A stretch of 64,000 bases of DNA from Thainema sp. Its GTDB lineage: Bacteria; Cyanobacteriota; Cyanobacteriia; Phormidesmidales; Phormidesmidaceae. The notes under the pieces are model-generated. The model had not been told where the DNA came from. It saw only the letters and a list, made by a program, of their open reading frames with translations, and ran no database searches. Position 1 is the stretch's first letter; each line of letters starts with the position of its first letter. This document shows positions 52,268-61,076 of the stretch, one piece after another. Made by a program: the position numbers and the translations under genes. The stretch lies in the NCBI GenBank assembly GCA_052168235.1, contig JBQLZK010000034.1:1-64000 (forward strand), read 5' to 3'.

Positions 52268-53872
52268 TTACCAAGCTAGTGCTGCACCATCGCTGCGGGG
52301 ATCGCAGCCACCCTGTAGCTGTCCCGTTTCAGCATCAATGCGAATCATATGGGCGTGTCCCATCTGTTCTGACCAGTTTGGCAGTCGCCGCACTTGATGA
52401 CCGCGACTTTCAAGTTTGGTTTGGATGTCAGGGGAAATCCGGCCTTCGAGGGCTAGACCGCTGACCGATTCGCCCCAGGTGCGGCCCTGGAGCCAGCGCG
52501 GTAGGTCAATCGCCGTTTGGGGATCAAAGCCAAAATCCAATACCCGCGTCAGCATCGCAATCTGAGTTTGGGGTTGGCCTTCGCCGCCCATCGTACCGAA
52601 AACCAGCTCTGGCCGACCGTTACCATCCAGCGCCATGCCCGGAATCAGCGTGTGAAACGTGCGCTTACCTGGTTCTAGGCGATTAATGTGCTGATCGTCC
52701 AGCGAGAAAAAGCAGCCTCGGTTTTGCAGCACAATCCCCGTATTGCCCGCTACAACACAGGAGCCAAAGTCAAAATACAGGCTCTGGATCATTGAGACCG
52801 CATTGCCTTCAGCATCCACCACGGCGGAGTAGGTTGTATCGCCACCAGGGGATTGCGCGGTGAAAGATTGGGCTTTGGTCAAGTCAATCTGCGATCGCAA
52901 CTCATCAGCGTACGCTTTAGAAATTAGCCGCTCAACGGGAATATCGGCAAACTCTGGGTCAGTCACCCAGCGATCGCGGTCGAGAAAGGCCAGTTTGGTT
53001 GCCTCAACCAATAGGTGATAATAATCCGCCGTGTCATGACCAATTGCTGTTAAATCAAAGGATTCAATTAAATTCAGGATTTGCAGAACGGCCAGTCCTT
53101 GGGTATTGGGCGGCATTTCGCAAATGGTGCGCCCCCGATAGGTCGTCGTGATTGGGTCTACCCAGTCTGAGCGATGGGCGGCAAAATCCTCCATCGTCAG
53201 CAATCCGCCCAGTGCCTGCACTGCCTCGACGATCTGTTCAGCAATTTCGCCCTGATAAAAAGCATCCCGTCCCTCAGCCGCCAGCGTCCGCAGCGTATAT
53301 CCCAGCCCCGGATTCGTAATGGATTCGTCCGTTTGGGGGAAAATGCCGCGTGGCATAAACGCATACTGGGAAGAGGGATACTGGCGCAACGTGCCTTCAT
53401 TCTGACGCGTCCAGTAGCGCTGCGAAGCGGTGACGGGATAGCCCTGCTCGGCATGTGCGATCGCAGCTTGCAAACACTCGGCCAGCGGCAGCTTGCCAAA
53501 GCGCTCATGCGCCATTGCCCAAGCATCCACCGTGCCCGGAACGGTGATCGCCGCCAGTGGTCCCCGCTGGGGAATCGTACTTAAACCCTGCCGCTGATAG
53601 AACTCCCGTGTGGCCGCCTGCGCCGCCCGTCCCGACCCGTTGAGGCCATACACCTGCTGGCTTTTGGCATCATAAATCAGCCAAAATGAGTCGCCCCCAA
53701 GCCCCGTCATGTGTGGATATACCACACCCAATGTACTGTTAATTGCGATCGCGGCATCAATGGCGTTGCCTCCCTGTTTAAGGACATCAAGTCCGGCTTG
53801 AGATGCTAAATGATGAGGACAGACAACTAAACCTTGCTGTCCGATCGCGATTGGACGGGTGGGATAGGGCAT
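52268..53872 (-). CDS. ggt: gamma-glutamyltransferase family Ntn hydrolase
   Basis: GGNAIDAA, GLGGD, DTT nucleophile, PGKR.FHTL, GTMGG, DPRSDG. Confidence 0.9.
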   Translation of the reverse strand: MPYPTRPIAIGQQGLVVCPHHLASQAGLDVLKQGGNAIDAAIAINSTLGVVYPHMTGLGGDSFWLIYDAKSQQVYGLNGSGRAAQAATREFYQRQGLSTIPQRGPLAAITVPGTVDAWAMAHERFGKLPLAECLQAAIAHAEQGYPVTASQRYWTRQNEGTLRQYPSSQYAFMPRGIFPQTDESITNPGLGYTLRTLAAEGRDAFYQGEIAEQIVEAVQALGGLLTMEDFAAHRSDWVDPITTTYRGRTICEMPPNTQGLAVLQILNLIESFDLTAIGHDTADYYHLLVEATKLAFLDRDRWVTDPEFADIPVERLISKAYADELRSQIDLTKAQSFTAQSPGGDTTYSAVVDAEGNAVSMIQSLYFDFGSCVVAGNTGIVLQNRGCFFSLDDQHINRLEPGKRTFHTLIPGMALDGNGRPELVFGTMGGEGQPQTQIAMLTRVLDFGFDPQTAIDLPRWLQGRTWGESVSGLALEGRISPDIQTKLESRGHQVRRLPNWSEQMGHAHMIRIDAETGQLQGGCDPRSDGAALAW

Positions 53873-54066
53873 GGGGATAGACGTGGTAGAAAAGGTGGGA
53901 GAGTGAAGGGCTGTAAAGTTTTTTATGGTCGGTTGGGCATTGCCCACCATGACTAACGGCCTAAAACGGTCTAAATGTTTAAAAGTGCCAAGGTTTGAAT
54001 TTTATCGGAATTTGGAGCGTTCGATAAGCTAGAAGTAGTTGTCGTCTTCCCTTGGTTCCTAAAACT

Positions 54067-54660
54067 ATGGCTTATCAATTCAATCTCGGTTCTGGCCAAC
54101 AGCTCTTTGTGCAGCAGCAGGGTGAACAAACTGCGATCGCGCTTTATTCGGGTAGTGCAGGCCAACAGCAGCAGCAACAGAATACGGTGACAACAGGACA
54201 GTGGCAGGAGCCGCCAACACTGTTTCGGACGGGCGGCGGATTCATCCTGCGATTAGAAGGGAGCCAAGGTAAAACCATTGTGCAGATTCAAGCCAATGGT
54301 CTGCAAACCTTATCAGCGACGGCTGCCCCCAATCTGGCCAATGCGGATACCATTGCGGGGCAACGAGTCGCGGATTCAGCCACATCGCAGTCCAGTCAAG
54401 CAGGCTTTGCAATGGAGCCGATGCAGCCGATGAAACCAATGGAACCCATGAAGCCGATGCAAATGGGCAATATGTCGATGCAGATGGATCCGATGCGGAT
54501 GCAGATGGGCGACATGAAACTGGAAATGGGCAATCAGCCTGCATCCTCCTCGTCATCCAGTCGTGAAGCTCAAGCGAGCCGATTCTGTACTCAGTGCGGC
54601 CAACCCGTGGCAGCTAGCGATCGCTTTTGCGCCCACTGTGGGCATCAACTATCTGCTTAA
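54067..54660 (+). CDS. Met-rich protein with a C-terminal double zinc ribbon
   Basis: MEPMQPMKPMEPMKPMQMGNM; FCTQCG...FCAHCG. Confidence 0.8.
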   Translation: MAYQFNLGSGQQLFVQQQGEQTAIALYSGSAGQQQQQQNTVTTGQWQEPPTLFRTGGGFILRLEGSQGKTIVQIQANGLQTLSATAAPNLANADTIAGQRVADSATSQSSQAGFAMEPMQPMKPMEPMKPMQMGNMSMQMDPMRMQMGDMKLEMGNQPASSSSSSREAQASRFCTQCGQPVAASDRFCAHCGHQLSA

Positions 54661-57260
54661 GACGCCGCAACACAGGCTCCCTGCTGATCCGGATCGGTGA
54701 CAGAAATGGGTTCAACGTGGGGCAAAAGCTCGGTTTCTGCAATCCAGCCCACCGTGCCAGCTTGAAGGATGAGATCGGAATTAACCGTCGGACTGCTAGC
54801 AGAATCCGGCGCTGAATCGAGCGGCGTCACAGAAGGCGCTCCCGTTTCAGAGGGAGTAACGGTGTTGGGATTAGGCACTGGAATTGAGCAAACCTGAACT
54901 TGAATCCAGCGGGGCTGATCGAGTTGAGTTTGCTGTGTGCTTTCGACCTTGAGAATGCTGCCGACGGGTAGAATGCCCTGCTCCTGGCTGATTGAGCCAG
55001 TACTGCCCGGACTAGGAGATGGAGACGCCGCCGAGCCGGGAGCGGCTGAGCCGGAATCCGGCTCGGCTTCATCGTCAACTGGCAAACTGGGCAAGGCCGG
55101 TCGATCGCGCAGGCGCAACTGGCTCACTTCACCATCAGCCGTGAGCTGACGGACGCGCAAAAAGTCCTGGGCTGCCAGAGAATCGATAGTTGCAACGGCT
55201 GAGTCGTCTATACCAGGCGGATCTAAATCTGGGGTACTGGTCACAGGTATCTCGGATGGAGCAGATCCGGCAAAGATCTGATTAACGCGACGATTAACCG
55301 TCGGCACCAGCAAATAGAGCAGTAATCCGCCACAGGCAAGCACGGCAGCCACACTCAGCAGCAGCACCAATGGCGATCGGCGGGATGACCGGGCTGGTGG
55401 CTTCAGCGTCGGGGAATCAGCGGCGGTTGGTGTGGAGCGCGCGCCAGCGGGCTGAACCAGTTGAGTGGAATCTACTAAGTCTGTGTCTTCTATATTTGTA
55501 TCATCGGCTGTTACGGCTTCCGCTGGAGCTGTCGTTGGCTGGGTGGATTGCGATCGCGCATTGCCATCGGCACCACCATACAGTGCCGCCACCACACTGG
55601 CCGCATCATCAGGTGCGGGCTCCGCATTAAGCGCCGTTTTGATGGTAGCCCAAGCCGGATCGTGAACTTGAACGTGCATCAGCCCGACGGTGACATTGTC
55701 ATAGCCGTTGCACTGATTCGCCACGTTGATCAACTGCTGGGCAGCAGCGCGCAGTTCCCGCCGCCCGTCCAAAATCGGCAGCAGTTCTGTCTGCCAAAAA
55801 TACTCCACTAAATCGTTGTCGCTCAGGCCATCGGAACAGAGCAGAAACACCCCGTCTTCGTCCAGCGTGAGCTGCAGCACCGACGGATGTAAGTAATTCG
55901 AGTTGGCCATACCGAGAGCCTGCACCAGGGCACCACTACCGGGCTGCTGGACGGCTTCTTGGTGCAGTAAATAGCCCAGTCGCACATCGCGAGTGGCCAC
56001 GTCATCATCCACCGTAATCTGGCGGCAGCCCTGGCGGGTAATCCAGTAGGCCCGGCTGTCACCAATGTTGGCAACATAGAGTTCGTGGTGCTGGGCAAAG
56101 GCCATCACCAGCGTGGTGCCCATGCGCTGTCGCTCTTGCCGCTGCTCCTGATCGTTGCGGTTGGCAATCTGGTCGTTGGCCGCACAAATGGCCACCTCTA
56201 GTTCTGTAGAGACGGTTGCTGGCTCCGGTAAACGGTTTGCATCGGCGGCAGGCCGTAGTAAATCCTGCAGATGATCATGAATTGTTGCGATCGCTAAATT
56301 GGATGCAACGTTACCGCCCTCATGCCCACCAATGCCATCACAGACAATCAGCAGCGGCTGAGCCTGATTCGCTGCCGCAGGCGTTGGCGTAAGCTGCCAG
56401 GTCTGCACGCCGCCGTTGCTGTCGGGGAAGCAAGCATCTTCATTCCGTTGCCGAGTGGGGCCTTGATCCGTTTGTGTCGCAATGTAGATACGGCGGGTTT
56501 GGCTTTCTCCCTGCTGGCGAAGCTGCTGATCGATCACTTGCGTAATGGCTTCGCTATTTGTCAACTCTCCCTGAATGATTCGCTGGCTCAGGGTTTGACA
56601 GAAATCTCGAATTTCCGGCTGGGCGGCAGCACTCCACGTCTGCCACTGACGACCCAAGCGGGATAGGGTAATCGGCAACTTGGACTGCTCTGAAGAGGGC
56701 AAATGCAGCTGCAGCAGCCGCACCGTCGAACCATCCACGCGCAGCAGCACCGGATCGAGTAGAGTCGCGGCAACGCTTTCTTGCTGACAGGGTAGCCAGA
56801 GCTCTGCAATCTGGCGCAGCCAACTGAGCTGGCGCAGGGCGGGCACCGTGGGCCACAGTCGCTCTAGGGCAGGCAAAATATGGGGAATTTGCGCGGTTTG
56901 ACTGGCCAGCGGACGTGCGATCGCAGCTTTCTCCAGCAGCAACAGACGATCGTTGAGTCCAGTCTCTTGAGCAGAGAGAATCGCATAGAGCTGGGGCACA
57001 TGCAGCTGATAGGGAGACAGCCGCATATAGGGCAGATAAAGAGACGGAATATCGGTGGGAATCTTAGCCTTCAACCCCGGCTTGATGTCCAAAACCGTCT
57101 GTTCACTGACCACCTGATAGCGATCAGCCAGGAGAGAACCCACGGTACTTGGCAAACGCCCAACGACCCAAAGGTAGCGTTTGGGAATGGGGGTACGACA
57201 GTTCTGACAGAACTGATTCGCAATCGAATTCAGCGTTTGACAATTTGGACAGTGAATCAC
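54657..57260 (-). CDS. PP2C-type Ser/Thr phosphatase with an N-terminal zinc ribbon and a TM segment
   Basis: CPNC..FCQNC; RQRNED, VCDGIGGH, MGTT, IGDSRAY, LCSDGL, DNVT. Confidence 0.9.
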   Translation of the reverse strand: MIHCPNCQTLNSIANQFCQNCRTPIPKRYLWVVGRLPSTVGSLLADRYQVVSEQTVLDIKPGLKAKIPTDIPSLYLPYMRLSPYQLHVPQLYAILSAQETGLNDRLLLLEKAAIARPLASQTAQIPHILPALERLWPTVPALRQLSWLRQIAELWLPCQQESVAATLLDPVLLRVDGSTVRLLQLHLPSSEQSKLPITLSRLGRQWQTWSAAAQPEIRDFCQTLSQRIIQGELTNSEAITQVIDQQLRQQGESQTRRIYIATQTDQGPTRQRNEDACFPDSNGGVQTWQLTPTPAAANQAQPLLIVCDGIGGHEGGNVASNLAIATIHDHLQDLLRPAADANRLPEPATVSTELEVAICAANDQIANRNDQEQRQERQRMGTTLVMAFAQHHELYVANIGDSRAYWITRQGCRQITVDDDVATRDVRLGYLLHQEAVQQPGSGALVQALGMANSNYLHPSVLQLTLDEDGVFLLCSDGLSDNDLVEYFWQTELLPILDGRRELRAAAQQLINVANQCNGYDNVTVGLMHVQVHDPAWATIKTALNAEPAPDDAASVVAALYGGADGNARSQSTQPTTAPAEAVTADDTNIEDTDLVDSTQLVQPAGARSTPTAADSPTLKPPARSSRRSPLVLLLSVAAVLACGGLLLYLLVPTVNRRVNQIFAGSAPSEIPVTSTPDLDPPGIDDSAVATIDSLAAQDFLRVRQLTADGEVSQLRLRDRPALPSLPVDDEAEPDSGSAAPGSAASPSPSPGSTGSISQEQGILPVGSILKVESTQQTQLDQPRWIQVQVCSIPVPNPNTVTPSETGAPSVTPLDSAPDSASSPTVNSDLILQAGTVGWIAETELLPHVEPISVTDPDQQGACVAAS

Positions 57261-57309
57261 GGGATCTACTCAGCCTGGAACAGTCTGCACTACGTTAAGC
57301 ACCCGCTGA

Positions 57310-57400
57310 TATCAAGTTGATCTCTCAAAACCCGATTATTTTCTGTGAAAAGCCTGGGGACAGACCTTTCACAGAAACGGGATGTTAACCAGACTTGATA
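57310..57400. mobile_element. mini-element of the TATCAAGT family abutting the ndhM stop codon
   Basis: Perfect TATCAAGT/ACTTGATA ends, AAAACCCGATTATT, TTTCTGTGAAA hairpin. Confidence 0.65.
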
Positions 57401-57763
57401 CTAGGCTTTCTTTTCGTCACTGACGACTTGAGGTAAGCCCATACTGTAGTTCAGTACGCGGCTCTTGATGTTATAGCTAATTTCGCCATTTTGAAGTAGC
57501 GATCGCACAAAATGCTCCAAGTCTGATCCAATGCGCCGCAGATTATAGTCGGTTAAATCTTCGCCGCTGTAGGCTTCTACGAGTTCATCAAACTTGCGAT
57601 ACACCTTCTGGAGGGCATCTTCATTCCAGTTCAGCTCATTATCTGGATCAATATCCAGCGTTAGAACGCTGTCGCTGGGTACAAATTCATCATCCTGAAC
57701 TTCAGCAGCAAAAATTCGGATATGACGAGTTGTAGACTTGGTTAACGTAGACTGGGTTGACAT
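57401..57763 (-). CDS. ndhM: NAD(P)H-quinone oxidoreductase subunit M
   Basis: KSTTRHIRIF, LTLDIDPDNE, YNLRRIGSDLEHF, LNYSMGLP. Confidence 0.95.
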   Translation of the reverse strand: MSTQSTLTKSTTRHIRIFAAEVQDDEFVPSDSVLTLDIDPDNELNWNEDALQKVYRKFDELVEAYSGEDLTDYNLRRIGSDLEHFVRSLLQNGEISYNIKSRVLNYSMGLPQVVSDEKKA

Positions 57764-57887
57764 AGGGCTGTCGCTGAACGTTTAACAGTAAGCTTTAACA
57801 GTAAGTCATGAACTAACCGCCATTGTAAACGGTGAAGCAGCATTACAGGCGTCAAAGCCAAATTCATACCGACTATGAAAACTCAAA

Positions 57888-57930
57888 AGTCAGGATATTA
57901 CCACCGCAGCGCAGCGGCAATATCCTGACT
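57888..57930. repeat. intergenic hairpin
   Basis: AGTCAGGATATT...AATATCCTGACT. Confidence 0.5.
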
Positions 57931-57988
57931 CTGCGTTTAGAGTCGTAATCAGCACAGTAACTCAATAAAAATGCTGAAATTACTGCAA

Positions 57989-59098
57989 TTAATGAAGCTG
58001 GTGAATCTGCTCCTGTACCTCTAGCTGCCGTGGCTGGAGCGTTGCTTGAAACAAATCCGTCGGTAGCACCTGCTCCACGGGATAGACTCCCGGCTGATTA
58101 ATTTTGCCAGCCAGCATCAGTTCAGCAATGCTGCCCGTACCTAAACCCGTGGCTACGGCAGCGCTTTCATGGGCAAAGGTGCTGACATAGTGAGTGGGTT
58201 GGCTATCCTTCTGACCCTTGATATCGCAGCGCATTGCAACTCCTGTCCCGCTGATGCGATCGCTAATGCTGGTCATTGAGTGGCTGACGTGAGCCAAAAA
58301 CTCTACGGTTTTGGGACTGCGCAACACCGCACCCGGTAGCCAGTGCGCCATCATCCAGGTCGCGTGGTTGTAGAAATCGGGCACGACGCCGAACTTGGTA
58401 ATCACGCTTTTGACGGGAAAAGTCTCCTGCAGCGTGATCGCTTCCGGCATGTCATACCAGTACACATGGGCGCGACCGTAGGGCTTAGGAAATTCCAGCG
58501 TTTCTCGTTCTGTATAAGGCTTAATCGACTGCCAGGAACCGTCTACCCAAGCTTCAAAGGGGCGCTGTAGACCAATAAAGGTGGTTCGCATCACCGTCAC
58601 TCCGGCTCCACCGGAGCTGGCCACGATGTAGCTGAGCTGAATCGAATCAGCTTCGTCGAGGGCTTCCACGCCCTGCCGCACCATGCTGTTTGACATGCCG
58701 GGAAAGACACCCGTGTTAATCACCGCCGTCACGCCTGCTGCCTTGGCTGCGTCACTTTGGGCTAGTGCCCGTCGAGTAAAGCTACGCTCGTCGCTGACAT
58801 CGGTGTAGTCCACGCCTTGCTCGATACAAATGCGTAAAACCTCGGCATCGCGATAGTGAAACGGCCCAGCCGAATGCACAACTAGATCAGCTTTCTCAAC
58901 GGCAGTCCGGATCTGCTGCGGCTGGCTGAGGTCTAAAACCTGAAACTGCACTCTAGACCCCAATCGTTCTAGAGCGGCCATGCCTAACTGTGGATTGCGC
59001 CCGGTGATGGTCACCTCGGCATCGGTATGAGTCAAAATGTCTCTGGCAATGTTGCTGCCAATCCGTCCGCAACCGCCAATGATAAGGACTCGTTTCAT
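57989..59098 (-). CDS. saccharopine dehydrogenase-like NAD(P)-binding oxidoreductase
   Basis: IIGGCGRIG, SAGPF, YTDVSD, TGVFPGMSN. Confidence 0.88.
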   Translation of the reverse strand: MKRVLIIGGCGRIGSNIARDILTHTDAEVTITGRNPQLGMAALERLGSRVQFQVLDLSQPQQIRTAVEKADLVVHSAGPFHYRDAEVLRICIEQGVDYTDVSDERSFTRRALAQSDAAKAAGVTAVINTGVFPGMSNSMVRQGVEALDEADSIQLSYIVASSGGAGVTVMRTTFIGLQRPFEAWVDGSWQSIKPYTERETLEFPKPYGRAHVYWYDMPEAITLQETFPVKSVITKFGVVPDFYNHATWMMAHWLPGAVLRSPKTVEFLAHVSHSMTSISDRISGTGVAMRCDIKGQKDSQPTHYVSTFAHESAAVATGLGTGSIAELMLAGKINQPGVYPVEQVLPTDLFQATLQPRQLEVQEQIHQLH

Positions 59099-59246
59099 AA
59101 ACTATCTGACTATTTGGTTTTCACCCAGATTTCTACATCAACGTCACGTTGATTCTGCTTGCAGGTTATCGGGGTGCTAGCCGCGCCACATCGGTCATCC
59201 GGCAGGATTCGCAGGTTGAGTGATGTGTCAAAAGGGCGACGGGTGC

Positions 59247-59945
59247 TTATGACCAAAAGTGGGTGGTTATGCGATCGCAATATGCACCTAAATTCTCAAA
59301 CTGCTGAGCATAGTCTGTCAGCGGTAGGGGCAACGTTGAGCGCATCAAGTTCGCCAGCAAACCATAGCCCGAAGCATCGACGCTGGTGGGCTGTTCGCCC
59401 ATCAAGAATGGCTTATCGGCTAAAAAATCACTGATCGCGCGCAGATCGCGTTTACCAATTTCATAAATCTCCTCCCGCGTGTGTCGCCCAATGCCGTGCC
59501 CATAGAGATTGCGCTGAGCGTCTTTTCGCACCTGATTGGGCACAATGGAGCGCAAAATTGGCGGCAAATCGCCAAAAAAGGTTTCGCGAATTGCTTGCCA
59601 GTTTTCATCCTCAAACCAGCGACCATAAAAGGCCACCCAGTAGAGGTTTTCTTCCATCAGTCGCTGAAAGGCAAGTGCGATCGCATGTTCGGCTGGTGTG
59701 AGATGCTGATCCAGCGGATCGCCGTAGGTTTGCTTCAGGTAGTCAATGATGAAGTTGGAATCGGCAATGGTGCGATCGCCATCTTGGATGTAGGGCAGCT
59801 TGCCTTTGGGGGCTTTGCGAATATCGGCATCAGAGGCAATTTGGTAAGGCAAACCCGTCATTTTCAGGTAGGTTTCCACCTTGAGGCAAAACGAGCTGGG
59901 ATTGGGCAAGCCAAAGGCGGGCTGGAACTGGTACAGCGTAATCAT
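59247..59945 (-). CDS. glutathione S-transferase family protein (metaxin/Fax-like)
   Basis: PS.FCLKVETYL, PKGKLPYI, IADS, FLMG.QPT.VDA. Confidence 0.9.
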   Translation of the reverse strand: MITLYQFQPAFGLPNPSSFCLKVETYLKMTGLPYQIASDADIRKAPKGKLPYIQDGDRTIADSNFIIDYLKQTYGDPLDQHLTPAEHAIALAFQRLMEENLYWVAFYGRWFEDENWQAIRETFFGDLPPILRSIVPNQVRKDAQRNLYGHGIGRHTREEIYEIGKRDLRAISDFLADKPFLMGEQPTSVDASGYGLLANLMRSTLPLPLTDYAQQFENLGAYCDRITTHFWS

Positions 59946-60003
59946 GGGGACACGTCTGAGAGGCACGCAATCATTGTAGGTTGAGCAGAATAAAACTCAA
60001 TTA

Positions 60004-60445
60004 AGAAACCGGGTTCTGCTGAGAATCACTCGTTTTGCCCGAAATTCATCCCAGAACCCAATTTCTAGCGCTTTTAACCTGTGGCTAGCTAGCTGAGATA
60101 GCTACTGTTTATACATATCTGAATGGTTATTCTAAATCCCGGACTGATCCCCCTAAATCCCCCTTGAAAAGGTATTCATATACTTGGCGCATCATAGTAA
60201 GTCATCTCGCTGCCCTCACCCTAAATCCCTCTCCCACGGGGCGAGGGACTTCCGATCCGGCTCCCCTTCTCCTTACGGGCTACTGTGTACACACATCTTG
60301 ATTACTGCCTCTCAACCCCGAATGATCCCCCCTTGCCCCCCTTAAAAAGGGGGAATTGACTCAAAGTTCCCCCTTTTTAAGGGGGATTTAGGGGGATCTC
60401 AATGTCGAAGCGGAGTCTAGAGGACTTGTCTATAAGCAGTAGAGC
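60004..60445. repeat. cluster of nested or truncated cyanobacterial dispersed repeats
   Basis: AGAAACCGGGTTCTG inverted repeat, GATCCCCCTAAATCCCCC, CCCTCACCCTAAATCCCTCTCCC, GGCTACTGTGTACACAC, GGGGGATTTAGGGGGATCT. Confidence 0.75.
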
Positions 60446-60725
60446 TGAGATAGCGGGTGAGAATGCTGATTTGGTCGTCGGGCTGGCGCTGGGCGAGAAT
60501 TCGCGCCACGTCGCTAGCGCTGGGGCAGGGGATGGGTTGGCTCCACTCGTCAGCGGGGGCAAAGCCGCGCCGATGCAGATTTTTGATCGTAACGATGATG
60601 TCGGGACGGGTGCCGAGCAGAATGATGCGCAGCGGATGGCGACCGTCGCGTTGAGTTGGGCTGGGATTGGTCGCACCAGGCTGTGGCGCTGCGTTGGACG
60701 CAGCACCGAGGATGAGATATGACAT
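60417..60725 (-). CDS. small hypothetical protein (102 aa)
   Basis: AGGAG ribosome binding site; globular-looking core LRIILLG...TIKNLHRRGFA...EWSQPIP...ILTRY; upstream promoter. Confidence 0.7.
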   Translation of the reverse strand: MSYLILGAASNAAPQPGATNPSPTQRDGRHPLRIILLGTRPDIIVTIKNLHRRGFAPADEWSQPIPCPSASDVARILAQRQPDDQISILTRYLSSTAYRQVL

Positions 60726-60963
60726 TGGTTTCTCCTGTGTTTTTGACTTTCAGAGGAAAGCCAAAAATCTAGCCCTCCTGCTTTGAAGTGCAATGCAGAA
60801 GGGCTAAGGAGCTATAATCTCCCAAGCCTGTTGCGTTGCTCGCTCAACGTGGCAGGTCAGCGACTCAGGATTGTTCGCAGCAATGCTGGGTCGCGCCGAC
60901 TAGATTCTTGGTATCCAGTTGCCGACAGCGGTTAGACAGTTCGCTTCAACAACTTAACGTTTC

Positions 60964-61007
60964 ACAGTACGGGATCTGACCTGTGGAGTCAATACAGGAT
61001 TATTGAC
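60964..61007 (-). promoter_or_regulatory. sigma70-type promoter with an overlapping palindrome
   Basis: Minus-strand TTGACT-N17-TACTGT; GTCAATA-N6-TATTGAC overlaps the -35 box. Confidence 0.65.
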
Positions 61008-61021
61008 AGAAGTTTTTATGG

Positions 61022-61051
61022 TGTTGGGTTTCCTTCGTCAACCCAACCTAC
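61022..61051. repeat. REP-like TGTTGGGTTTC...AACCCAACCTAC repeat
   Basis: Similar to 27237-27269. Confidence 0.65.
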
Positions 61052-61076
61052 AAAATCTATAAAGTCTGCGATCGCG

